DNA of 64,000 nucleotides from Lingula anatina (lineage: Eukaryota; Animalia; Brachiopoda): NCBI GenBank assembly GCA_051362555.1, contig CM120640.1:19840001-19904000 (forward strand), in the 5' to 3' direction. Position 1 is the first letter of the stretch; each line of letters begins with the position of its first letter. The notes beneath the pieces are model-generated. The model had not been told where the DNA came from and did not search any database. It saw only the letters and a list, made by a program, of their open reading frames with translations. Of the stretch, positions 24,867-63,395 are shown piece by piece. Position numbers and translations under genes: made by a program.

Positions 24867-27800
24867 ATGGAGTGTCTATGGAGTGCTTATACCCTTCTTG
24901 CTGTGGTTTTGTATTATGTTATAAAAGGTGAGCACACATTTTATTTGATTATGTATGTTGAGGTGTTTTTTGTTTTGTTTTATTGATATTATTTGAGGTA
25001 GTATTCATGGAACTGCTCAGGACATATGCTCCCAAAAGTTTTAAAGAACATGTTACAGTATAATAGCAATACACTAAGCTGGTGTTGTAGTGATCCATTG
25101 ATTTGGCTGTGTCTGCCAGTAATAGTAATAAATTAAGAAGGGTAAGTGCTGTAAAGTTGGCTAGCTGGTTTTGTCATGAAAGGGCTGTTACTGTGTGACT
25201 GACATTTACAACACGTTATTCCGTCCTTATTCTGGTAATGAATATACAGTGTATGTACCAGTACTGCCATATGATGCGAGGTCTGTGTCACTGGAGTTCA
25301 ACAATTCATATGATAATAAGTATTCCTGTAATTATTCCTGTATTCCTGCATTGTGAAAAGCCAATTAATACATTCCTTTACAATGTTTTACAAATGATGC
25401 AAATTATTACAATAGAATTTAGTGTTTATATATTATTGACTATTATGAAAGATCAAGGTGAAGTTTTTCTATCAGATTAACTTCATTTCTTCTCTTTGCT
25501 TTTTTTAAACTTAAAAATGCATTCAGATAAAAATAGTATAAATAGTTTTTTCTTCTCTTTTGAAACAAGTCAGTGTTTGCTCTTTCATGCAGATTTTACA
25601 GGTCAATTCCCTAAGTCTAATCATCCAGTGTATCAAACTATATACACTGCAGTGGTAATAAAAACCAATTTTAAGCTAAATTATTTTCCTTTGCTTGATA
25701 TCAAATGACACTAATCAAATTCCTGTGCAAATGCAGCTGTAACAATCAATAAAAACTGCAGCCTGCCAGATTGCACATCAAACTATTTATATTGTCAATT
25801 GTAAATCATCTTAATTTTCTGTCCCAAAGTATTGGTTTTTTGATACATTTTTTTTTGTTGTTTTTTACAGGGATCAATTCAGCAGAATGTCCAGTTCAGT
25901 CAGAACTGCAGGAAAAGCGTGCATGCACAGGGAGGGAACTTTCCATTTCTTGCAGCGAACCCAACCAAATCTTGGTCATAGTCTCAGCATACTATAGCTA
26001 CTATGACATGAAGGACAAACGCTGCCATTTCAGTGCAGGTCACTGCAGCACTTACAGTTCTAGAGAAGTTTATAAGAAATGCAATCTACAGAAAGCATGC
26101 AGTTTTCAGGTTGTGGAAAAAAGAAGCTCTCTCTGTCAGACAGCCAGGTCCAGGTATCTTACTGTTTTGTACAGGTGTAGAACAGGTGAGTGATTCATTA
26201 ATATATGTGGAACTAATTAACATATATTTAGGAGTGGGGTTTCATGTTAGTTCCTTGCTGATATGATGCTCATTTCAACTCATAAGCTTGTGAAAGAATC
26301 AAGTTAAATCATGTGAACATTAAACTTTGTCTATGAATTTTACCATTTAACAAGTTAAATATTTTTTTTTTACAAAATATTGATAGTGCTAAAGGACAAT
26401 ATGGCATTTATTAGAAAACAACATTTTTAAATAGATTTTTCAAAAAAAAAAAAAAAAAACAAAACAAAAAAAAAACAAGTAAGTTTTGGATGTTTTAAGT
26501 GGGTGGCCTTGTGGGAGGGTGGTATAAATGGAGATTACTCCTGCTAGCTATAGTGAGCTAGGGGAAGAGTTTCTGTTTTTTTGCTTAACATCAATTAGGT
26601 TCTGGCATATCAAGATGTTTTTTAACTTGAAGGGGAAATAATCCAGTGACTATGGTACATAAGGTCCTTTAATTTTCATTTTTTGTTTTATTTCTCTTGG
26701 ATCATTTTCTGAACTTATCCTGGGACCTTGTATTTTGGTTTATCACAGATGTGTTTGTTTTGAAAATACTTAGAGTGTTATTGTATTGGAGCATTAAAAC
26801 AAGTGCAGGTTTTTATATAGTCTCTTTCATGTCAATATTAATTTGGCTAATGATTCCGTACTGTGCATTGATGCTGTTTCAGCAGGTTTTTACTTAAAGA
26901 GAAGTGACATCGAATGAGTGTTACATCTCATTATGGTACTGAGTCAGTCTTTGGAGCCAGTTTTGTTTTGGTCTAGACTCTTTCACTGTTATTCATCTTT
27001 TTATTTAGTGTCTTAAATTTCTTTGAGTATTTTATGAAAACATCTTTAAAGACAAAAATAAGTCTTTATAATTTTTTTGCCAATACTGTTGAAAGTATGC
27101 ATTCCATATTACATATATTTTATTTCCTTTATAAATAAGTGCCTGTGTTTCAGTAAGTATGGATTGGAAGAGTGTTTATTGCTTAAAAAATTTAATGATT
27201 TGTCTTTGGAGATATAGACCAATTAAAAGTACTTCCTATTATAAAGAAGGAAATAGAATATGTAAAAAATAAATAGAATAAAAATGAAAATAAAATAAAA
27301 TAAAATAAAATAAAATAAAATAAAATAAAATAAAATAAATAAATAAATAAATAAATAAATAAATAGATAAATAAATAAATAAAGGAAAGCTTGGCAATTG
27401 AAATGAGTTTACATTTCTGACCTTATGTAAGGCCAAACAACTTAATCATGCTGTGCTAAGACCGAAAAACTTGGGAGACCAATTAAGATTGCATGACTTG
27501 ATTTCTGAAATACTAGGTATTTACCAGGACCCCTTTTCCTACCTATTCATGAGTCAAGGGAAATGTATGACACAACCTGTTGTGTTCCTTGTTTATATTC
27601 AAGCATTAAAACAGTTAATGTTATTCCAAAATGCATGACGCATGCCCATACCATAAGTTGATGTTGTTCCGTGCTGCATACCAGTACATCATTATCATAT
27701 CATCTGTCAGTGCATGGTCATGGTGGAATGCCTTGTGTGTGTTTTTTAAAAAATATACACTTCTTATCAAAAGGAAAGTGAGTGCAGAAAAAATAATTAG

Positions 27801-30800
27801 TTAAATATCAATAACAATAAATATGTTTAGGTAAAGTGATAAAGTCATAAAAGGTTTGCCTACTCTCATATCAAAGAAAGGAAGGAACTAATAAAAGTGT
27901 AATTCAGGATGTACATCTTTCATATATTTTATATCTGGTACATTAGTCATACCTGTGGCAGTATTGACAATCCTACAGCTTTGGGGCAGACAGAGCCACA
28001 ACTGTGAAAACCCATTGGTGCATTTACACAATAAGAGATGTCACGGATTTTGTGGTACTGTTAGTTTGTGTCATGTCATCAGGAAATAATTGTAACCAAG
28101 CAGCAAGTCATCAGTCTAGTAATTAATCTAGTCTCTGAACAGCTTCACTCTACTCATCTAACTTTGAACTGAGAGACATGTTGTGCCAGTGTGTCTGGTT
28201 GAGAGAATGTGCAGCTTCATGATGTCAAATAAAACCAAAACTGACCTGCTTAGTTTTTTTTCCTGAGTGAACTCACCTAATAAATTAGGAGACAGTGGAG
28301 TGTGGTATTCCTGGAGGGGAATATTAAAGGAATGCCGCATGTGTTATTTACATGGTTCTGTCAGGCACAGCAGGTGACACAAAGGTTTTTTTAGGGTTAC
28401 ACACGGAAGGTCTGCCAGTTTAAAGATAGTAGTAGTAAAGTTTCTGAAGTACAGACTGCTGTACAGAAATAAGATAGGGGAGGCAATAAAGGCTGATATA
28501 CTCCTACAGGGGTAAATCAGTGGATTTTTGAAGATTTTTTTAAGGAGGGTTTTTAATAAAATTTTACATACTTTTGAAAATTATGCAAATAAAAATAATT
28601 CAGTTGCCTTTGGGTATTAACAATAAATTGAATTGGGCTAATTGGGCATTTTAATTTAAATGTTGAAAGTAAATTCAGAACAAGGCAGCAAAGCTGTCAA
28701 ATGTACAGACAAAGAACAGAAAATAAAGATGGAAATAAGTGAAAAATTAAATTTTCACAAAAAACTGTTTAATTGCCAGAAAAATTTACCAAACAGACTG
28801 CGTTGCCTATTGAAGCTGTATTTTAGTCCCATGTTTCTTTCCTATAAGTTTGAGAACAGTTAGTGACATGATTTCCCTTAAATGGTCATCATAGGAGCAG
28901 TGCCCAAAATAGGGGTTTCTTCAAATTTTGATACAACATTAAATAATGTTTAACAGCATAATGACAATCAAATGTTATTAATAAAATATTAGTAACATGG
29001 ACATTCAGAAAATGTGACAAGCAAAAGTCTTCAAGATCATGGAACTTTAAAGTCACACCTTGAAAATGCCAATATGTGAAAAATTAAATTTTCACAAAAA
29101 ACTGTTTAACTGCCAAAAAAAAAAAAAAAAAAAAAAAAAAACCAAACAGACTGCATTGCCTACTGAAGCTGTATTTTAGTCCCATGTTTCTTTCCTGTAA
29201 GTTTGAGAACAGTAAGTGACATGATTTTCCTTAAATGGTCATCATGGAAGCAGTGCCCAAAATAGGGGTTTCTTCAAATTTTGATGCAATATTACATAAT
29301 GTTTAACAGCTTAATGACCATCAATTTTTAATTATAAAATATTTGTATCACAGATATTCAGAAAATGTGACTAGCAAAGGTCTTCAGGCCCATGGAACTT
29401 CAAAGTCACGCCTTGAAAATGCCAAAATGTAAACAAGACAGCACTGTTCTGAAATGGGTTTATTTCCATTTTAACACTTTTTTAACATAAAACAAAATAA
29501 ACATTTTACTGCCATTTTTATATGACCAACTAAAAAAATTGATGAGATGGGAAAAGTATCAATAGAACAGTGTTAAATGTCCAATTTCCTCCATTCTGAG
29601 ATTCTGAACATAGTGGATGATTGAATCTGACAAACTGCAATGATATGAGTTTATTTCCATTTTTGACACTTTATTACACAATACATGATAACAAGTTTAC
29701 CATGTTTTTTACATAATCAACTAACAATGTTGTAAAGATGCAGTAAATATCAAACAAACACTTTTAGGCATCTTATTAGTTAAATAATGAGACTGTTAAC
29801 ATGCTTAAGAATTGAATCTGAGGAAATGTGAAAAAAACAGTATAACTTCTAAAATAATGGCCCGATTATGCTGATTTTCGAACTCAACCTGCGTTTTAGT
29901 AAGATTGACCACTCCTGTGAGTATAATTACAATTGGCCAATTCTTTTTTCTTATATTGTGTTATCAGTGTTGCATTTATATTGAAAATAGTGAAAAAACA
30001 GCATAAATTCCCTCAAAATAGCCCAATCATGCTGATTTTCGAACTTGACCTGCGTATTATGAATATTCATCAGTTCTGTAAGTTTCAAGTCAAAAGGTAA
30101 AATGGTTTTCCACTTATCGTGTTATCGGTGCTGCATATATGCTGAAAAAAGTGAAAAAACAGCATAAATTACCTAAAAGTGACCCGATCATGCTGATTTT
30201 CAAACTTGACCTGTGTATTATGAATATTCATCAGTTCTGTAAGTTTCAAGTCAAAAGGTAAAATGGTTTTCCACTTATCGTGTTATCGGTGCTGCATATA
30301 TGCTGAAAAAAGTGAAAAAACTGCATAAATTCCCTAAAAGTGACCTGATCATGCTGATTTTCGAACTTGACCTGCGTATTATGAATATTCATCAGTTCTG
30401 CAAGTTTCAAGTCAAAAGGTAAAATGGTTTTCCACTTATCGTGTTATCGGTAAAAGTGCACGGCGACGACGGCGACGACGGCGACGACAGACGCAGATGA
30501 TGGCTATATGTACAGACACATCTGTGTCTGTACATAAAAAGTACATTTGGTGATTTGAACAATGATATCAGCATATGTGTTTGGTAATGCTAAGAAATGA
30601 AGATAAAATTTGAAAATAAAAAGCTTAGGTCTAGACAATAAAATTAAAATAAGAATATAGGTGTAGAAAGAAATTGGAAAAATAATGAAATAGATGTTTT
30701 TATGGTGTTTAAAAGTTAGATAATTTGCAGGAGCCTTTTGAATGTATGGTTGATTAGAAAAGTTTTTATGTTATAAAAAAATATGAGTCATTTTATGACA

Positions 30801-33800
30801 ACATGGTGGAATAAGTTCATGACTTAAAAACTCATTCTTTCTTTGAAGTTTGTCATAACTTCCTTTATGGTCAAACACTTAACATAGGTACCTCATTTTA
30901 TTGCTTTAATGAGAAAGAACATGCAGATTTATGTATGTAACCATAATGTTTGACAAAGTAATGCTAAGCAGTAAACTGTTGACACCATTTCAACATGCAA
31001 AGAATTTTTAGAACAAATTTTTGTCTTTAATAATGTCACATATATTATACTCAGCATCATACTGAATGATCCTTGATTAGACAAATGAAAGATTTTTCTA
31101 AGATCCATTTTAAAATCAACCAATCAGTCCTATCCCCAAAGGCAAACTTCATTTCATAATTGCATAAATACTTAAATTGTGGCTGCCTATCTAACTTCTC
31201 ACAAACTCTTTCAGTGGAATGCCCTGACCTGCTGCCTCCCCTACATGGAGTCCTTGGCTTCACCAGTCCTGCCAGGCAGTATGGTTCATTAGCCAGGTAT
31301 ACTTGTGATAGAGGCTTCACCTTAGCGGGAACAAAGACCAGAGTTTGCCAAGAAAACTGCAGCTGGTCTGGAATACAGCCAATGTGCTGTAAGTATACAT
31401 TTAAATCCACTTGTATTCATGCCAAAATGTCAAAGACATTAAAAATTTTCAGACAGTTATTATGTAGAGACAAGGACCCACCAAACCGGGTCCAAGGTAG
31501 ACACAAACATGTAATTATGTGCCACACACTTTTTAAACTAAGAAAGCAAGAAAGCAGCCAAAATACTTCCCACATAACTGAGCAGAAAAAAAAAAATGTT
31601 CAAAGATTTGTGATGATAACATAATAATCTTATTTAAGGTATTCAGCATATACTCTTCTCATATCATATGAGGACACTTTCGATAATCTCCATTTTGAGA
31701 ATGGAAGAATATGGCTACTAATACTTTTTTGTTGAAAATATTTTTAACCATTAATTAATCTGTCCTCTCTTTTTTTCCAGCCATCCCCCCAGAAGTGTGC
31801 CCGACCTCCGTGAACCCCATCCATTCCTATGGCAACTACTGTTATGAGCTGCGTCCAGAGCTGCTGTCCTACCCACTGGCCACTCAGGCCTGTGTAGACA
31901 GTCATGGTACCCTGGCCAGTGTGGACACGCCAGAACTGAGGGCCTTCCTTGCATGGTTGGCAGAGGATTTACTTACAGGTGCTAACTACTGGGTGACCAC
32001 TAGACAGGGAGGTGAGATAACGATACATTTGCATTCTGTCTGGCCCATATCAAATGATATGGATTCTGCACTAGTTTTACTTTTGTCCAATTATAGACAG
32101 TATGTATTGGGATTTTTGTAAGTCATTGAAGGTTTGATTTTATGGACAGTTTACTACTTAGAAGAAAACAAACTATTTTAATATAGGATTGTAGATGAAA
32201 ATTGTATACAGGTACAGTGTAGTTTTCTATCTATCTTTCTTTCTTTTTTTTTTCTTTGTACTTGGTTGGTTAAAAGTCGTGAAGGTTTATTTTCACTGAA
32301 TGGTGAAATCTATTTACAGATATGCAGGAAATAGCCAGAAGTTATGATTTAACATGGGTTCCAGCAACCATCCAACCCACATACTACAACATGTTCATTT
32401 GTCAATATGGTAGGTGAATTAATGGTCATTTTTTAAATTATAATAAAACATTTTTCAAGCTGGAGAAATAATTGTATTGCACTAACATAAATAAAGGACA
32501 GAAACTTAATTGGTCTTTTGGACATTGATCTAGACTTTTTTGTACAGGAAAAGCATTGGTATTAGAAATATTTATTTCAAAATTTTACTCTGGTAGTTTC
32601 TAAACATTTATTTCTGAAGTATTTTGTCCCCTAAATGTGCCCATTCAGAGTCTCAAAGTATTCATTAGAGAGTGAGAAAGCCTTTGATCTGTGGAATATT
32701 TCAATATTTGTATTTATCCAGGGCCATACAATACTTACACACCAGATATGTTGGACAAGCTTCCAAACAGAGGGCCTGGAGATGATGGAACAAGTAGTGT
32801 GTCTGTTGGCAGCTACCCACCTCTCAATGTAACAACTGGGGGGACTGGTCAGGTACAGGAGGACCTAGGACAGGGTGAGAAACTGGCAAATTGTTGTATT
32901 GTGAAATGATGGGTGTCAAGTAATGGCATGAATTTATGTAATTTTAAGAATAAGAATACATTGTTTTTTTGTCAGTATGATTGTTTTAATTAATCATTAT
33001 TGGCCCTCCTTAATTTATTTTCTTTAATGTGCTTTTCTTGTTGTGCATATAAAGTGTGGATCTGAGGCTTTTTTCAACACCATTTTGTGGATAGAATGAA
33101 GTAAAATTTGATTCACATTGAAAGAACTTGATACTACCCTGATATCTAACATAATTACCAGCAACCTCTTCTATCATATTGCAATAACTGTATGTGTGAG
33201 GTTTCTTTCAGATTCAGACTTGGTCACAGCCATTGTGTTTGCTGTTCTTCTTGGATTGCTGTCAGTTGTGCTGCTCATAATCCTAACTATATTTATCAGG
33301 TTTGAGTCTTTTTCGCCCTAAGCAAAGTTGAAATGACTGATAAGGAGTCCACATTGGAAAGAAAATATTAATACTGTTTTCAGTAACCAATTATGTATTT
33401 AATGACTTAAATGTACATGTCTTGTGAAATTCCAAGAAAAAAAGTGTCACCAAAAAGATATACTCCAGCATGATTGATTTACAAACCAAATTTTGAATAT
33501 TTATTTTCATTTTAAGGAAATACTGTAAAACAAAAAAGGAGAAAGAAGCAGAAGATGCTGGGGATGGCTCATCTTGGGATAATTACTCTCTCAATGGTGG
33601 CCCTGCTTACAGAGATCCACAAACTCTGCACTCAACAGAGATCAAGAATGATGGCAGAAACACACAAGAAGAAGAAGAGGGGGATGTTGAGAGGGAATGC
33701 CCCCCTCGAGCACCCACCAAAAAATTATCTGTGCAAAATATCAAAGCTTTGCTGTATGCACAAGTCAGAAAAATACGAAAACCCCGAGCGCAAAGGGATG

Positions 33801-34297
33801 GTTATGATGATATTGTCATCCAAGTTGGAAACTCCCCTACAAATGAAAACCCAGAGGTACCTGATAAGGCACCACACTCGCCAGTTATAGGAAATCCCAC
33901 AAATCCCATTACAACAAACACTGTAAAAACTATTGCATTAGAAGCTGCTGCAGCATCAGCTGGTATTCCATCATATGCTAATGCTGCTAGTACGGACTCT
34001 ACAAGTGGGAGTACCCACGAATACGCAGTCCCAGTGGACACCAAGCATGGCAGCCCTTATGAAGTTAGAAATATCACAGATATGTCAGGTAACCAGTATG
34101 ATGAGGTACCCCGGGAGGAAGACTACCCCTACCAGGTTATGCCCAATGGTCAGAAGTCTGATGACCAGGTCAGTGAGGTGGCTCAAGCAAAAAAGCCTTT
34201 ACCTATACCAGTGAAGAGACCACGTGGTCAGGCTCAGACTGATTCTACAAAAGTTGACTTTAAAGATAATGATTTGTATTATGACACTTCAGAATAA
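24867..34297 (+). CDS. Receptor B: paralogue of receptor A with the same domain order, ~630 aa
   Basis: Exons 24867-24927, 25871-26185, 31215-31388, 31781-32011, 32320-32409, 32722-32874, 33212-33299, 33517-34297. Same intron phases as receptor A (1,1,1,1,1,1,2); 1893 nt open. Shared motifs GIQP.C, NYCYE, FICQY|GP(F/Y). Confidence 0.87.
28678..30540. mobile_element. Helentron-associated (HINE-like) element with internal duplication and ~161-bp tandem array
   Basis: Starts AACAAGGCAGCAAAGCTGTC. ATGTACAGAC near the 5' end is complementary to the 3' GTCTGTACAT. ~340-bp duplication within 28737-29425, array 29828-30450, (GGCGACGAC)n, terminal hairpin CAGACACATCTGTGTCTG followed by an A-tract. 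Confidence 0.7.
29828..30450. repeat. Satellite-like tandem repeat, ~161-bp unit, ~4 copies
   Basis: Unit starts (TGAAAAAA) at 29829, 29991, 30152 and 30313. Confidence 0.9.
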
Positions 34298-35018
34298 GTT
34301 CCTTTTGAGATGAATTATACCTAGTATATCTAATGTCCTGTTTATACCAAGATGATCCATTGGCATACCCTATGTAACTGCTGACTTCAACCAAAAATCA
34401 TTCATTTCCAGTTGACATCAATGAGTTCTGAGAACAAGCCGAATATGATTCCTGCATCTTTATTGCTGTTTGCCTTCCAATGACACAGTATTGAATACTG
34501 TATAGTTTATTACCAGTATGCTGGCAGTGCCACATTTTTTATAAACAATATACACCTTTTGTGCATAGGATGATCTTGCTATAGGACACAACTTATTTAA
34601 CATCTTGTTAACTAGCTTGCCTCAAGGTAAAGATTAGCATCTTGTAAAGTGGCCAGTAAATTGCTCAAATATTTTTGTGAACTTCAGAAGGAAAAATTTT
34701 AAGTCATTGAAGCAAAAACAGATTTGAAAGAATTAAAAACATAAATATCCATGTTGGCAAAGTAATGTACCTGAAATTTTTTAGTGTCATAGTGTGGTTG
34801 TTGTGATTTTTATATTTGGTTGTGATAAGGCAACTCTATTTTGAAATAGAAAATTTTTACCAGAATCATGTGGGTCTCCTTCCAGTGCCAACTTAAAAAT
34901 TGTTTTTACTTTGATTTCACCCAATTTAAGGATTTTCAGATAATTCTCTTAAATCAAATGGGTATTTTTTTCAAATTGGGGCTGTATTCAATATATACTG
35001 TTGTGGAGACATATATAA

Positions 35019-35186
35019 CAGGCCCATAGCCTGGGGGGGTTCAGGAGGTTAGAAAGAACCACCCCTTTTGCCAGGAGAAGGTCCACTCTGGGTAAAATTT
35101 GATCTAGGTACATGAAGTTTTTATGGAAAAAGGTCCACTTTTTCAGAAAAAGAACCCCCCTTTTGAAATTGCTGGCTACGGGCCTG
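35019..35186. mobile_element. MITE with 5-bp TSD (TATAA), same family as 12576-12746
   Basis: CAGGCCCATAGCC...GGCTACGGGCCTG; TATAA at 35014-35018 and 35187-35191. Confidence 0.8.
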
Positions 35187-38100
35187 TATAACAAGTTGAA
35201 TTTAGCTTCATTAATTTATCAGGGGCCCTTACTTTTCTAGGGCAATCAGAATCTCTGTAAATTTTAAATGAAAGGGTGGATTGTTGTGTGAGAGATAAAA
35301 GGTTGCAAATGGTGGGCAATGTATAGTTAAGTAGTAAATTTTGTTCTTGATATATACATATATTATTTGATATTTAATTTGCTTTATACACATTCATTTA
35401 ATAAATCCCTTCAAAGACCTTTACTACAAGGTAGATGCAGCATCATTTGGGAATTTGAAGTGAGGCAGTCTCCATATTGGATTTGTCTTTATAATTTTTG
35501 AAAAGAAAATTGTAAAAAATATCAAACACCTGTTAGCAAAAATAATGCTTTTACAGGTCAAAGACTAGTGTGTACTTTCTCTCAGTTCCATCATTTTTTG
35601 AGAACATAAAATACATAATAAAAATTACAAATATTCATTTATTAAGTGGTTTTATTGAGGGTTACTACAAACTAAAAATAATTAGCTTTTACACTGTACA
35701 AACACTCGATACCACTACATCAGTATTGTTTCTTTGAAAACTAAGATCTCTGTTCCAGCTGAAAAAATATAATATCAATAAGGTTTTGAGACTATTTAAG
35801 TACAGTAATATTACCATTAAACTAGGCCCCTAACTAGTTTATGCAGTAGGGGACCAATATGGTTTATTTTAAGCCTATTTTTAAGAAAGCTAGCCCAAGG
35901 CTTTTTATACACATTCTTAGGTTTTTTTATGATGGTGCCCTTCAAACACACACAAACACACAATGTGACATTCTCCCAACCAACGCAAACTGCTAGACTT
36001 ATAAATACATAATTGTGACAGCTAGCATATAATATTATTAGAAATACATTCATCGGAGGGGATTTTATCTAGAAAATAGTTCTTCCATCTTTTTGTTTTC
36101 TTACTGACTTGGCTTTAGAATTAAGAGAACAATGCTTATAAAACTTTGATGCATACCTACTCCATGGAAAAAATTTTGGTTGGAACATGGACTTGTAAAA
36201 TAATAATAACAATAATAATGATAAATCTGGTTATTCTTCATCTTAACATGCAAGTTGCCAAATTACAATCTTGGTTTTAAAAGAGATTAAATTTCAAGAT
36301 TTCCTTATCGCAGTGAAATCATGTTAACCAAGTCAACATTTTTTTATTACAATGTATTTCTACAAGTACAGTGCAGGTTTGTATTTATGAGGTAATCCTA
36401 CACTTTCAGTGGCAGCTTAATTCTAAAAAATCTCATCAGATGCTCACAAGAGTTTTAAACTACTCAAGTCTGAAAATCCTCAAATCACACCGATCTTACT
36501 CAAATATTTGCAAAAAGTAAGCAAAAATGATTATAATTCCAGACGAATAAAACTAAGTTTCACAGAGAAATTTCAAAATCTGGATTTGTGCAACATCATA
36601 AAAAGTATTTTACATGTCTTTTATACATCACATTTAATGAAAAAATGATGGGTCCCTATCACCCCACTGTGTATGGCATAAATAGTGTAGACTTGGGACT
36701 GTATAGACTCAGAAAGCACCTACAACATGCAAATGCCTCTGAACAAAATATGATTGGATTGTAGACCCTATGCCTTCTACCACTACTGTACATACAATAG
36801 AATAAAAATACTATTCAAATAAACACTGAAATAAAAATCATAATAAAGCACATTTTTCTAAATATGCTACTCTCCTCATCATAATAATTACTTGTAAAAA
36901 AACATGACAAAATGACTTCACATCTGTTAATTAATTATTATTAAATTAAAGCACAGTTATCAACCTTTCTAGATAAAATGTTTTTATGGATGCACAACTG
37001 AAGCCTCAGAAAAAAATGGTGCTGGATACAGAGAACAAAGTTTAGAGCACCGTATTTGCACGTTTGATGTGTTTCGTAAAAAATCATACCCACAGAACAC
37101 ATATACATTCTCTCCTCCAGCAAAGAGAGAAATGAAGATCTATACAATGTTGCTATGGCAACAATTTGTTATATCATTCTTAAATAAAAGGTAAATTTCA
37201 AGGGAATCCATGATAAGTGTTTACATATCCCAAGTAAATTTCCAAATATATAGAATCTTCTACCGTCTAATACTAAGCACTAGTTCTCTGTTATTGCGTA
37301 CTACCTGTATGAACAGTCAAATAATTCACCAGCTTGGCCTCTCTGAGTTCATCAATTTTGTGGATTTTATCCAACATTCTTGGAATTTCTCAATGTTCTA
37401 CAATATGATCACACTCTAGCAAATCTTTAGAGTAAACCAACACTATGTTTTTCATGAAAAATCCCCACTCTAGTATCTTTTTGCCTTTGAAAAGTGTCTC
37501 CTTGGAAGTAAGAAAATCTTGCCTTACTACTGTGACCTGAACAGTAGTTTACTTATTTATCTCTTCCAGCATCTCAAGCAGTCATGTAACATGTCCTCTG
37601 TTGGAATTGCTAACACTTCTTTAAGCAGATGTGCATGTTTTCAACATTACATTGACACTGTTAACTCTGGCACTAGTGAGGGATAAAATACTGACTCGAA
37701 CTGTCTGTCAACTTTCATTTGTCTCCTTCACTATTCCAACAATTACCTAGGAAAGATGCAGCCATACGGTAATAAGTCCAACACTATCTTTTGTGATACA
37801 CATTGAGGCTCAAGCCTGGAATGAAGGGCCTCCACTTATCAAAACAATTATTTCTTCTCCAGTCTGAATGAACTCTTCTAAACCCTGCCATGCTGACAAC
37901 TCAAACTTCCTCTCTTCTTCATGTTCATGCATGCTTCCCCTTGAAATTTCATGTTGTGAGCTTCAAATTAAAAAGGAAAAGCAATCTGTCCAGCTCCGAA
38001 CTTCCAGCACCACACCAGCAAGTACTCATTTATTGTGCAGCAACAAAATCACTTGTACAACGGTCCACAGTCACAACGTTGTGCCTGTTGAGCAATCTTG

Positions 38101-38203
38101 TGAAACTGCTCTCAAAGTGCACTAGCTGTGTTATGTTGCTGAACTACTTTTGTCTTTCTTTCTTTCTTTTACCCTCTCTACTGTCATTTTTCCTCATTGT
38201 CTG

Positions 38204-63395
<25,192 letters not shown>

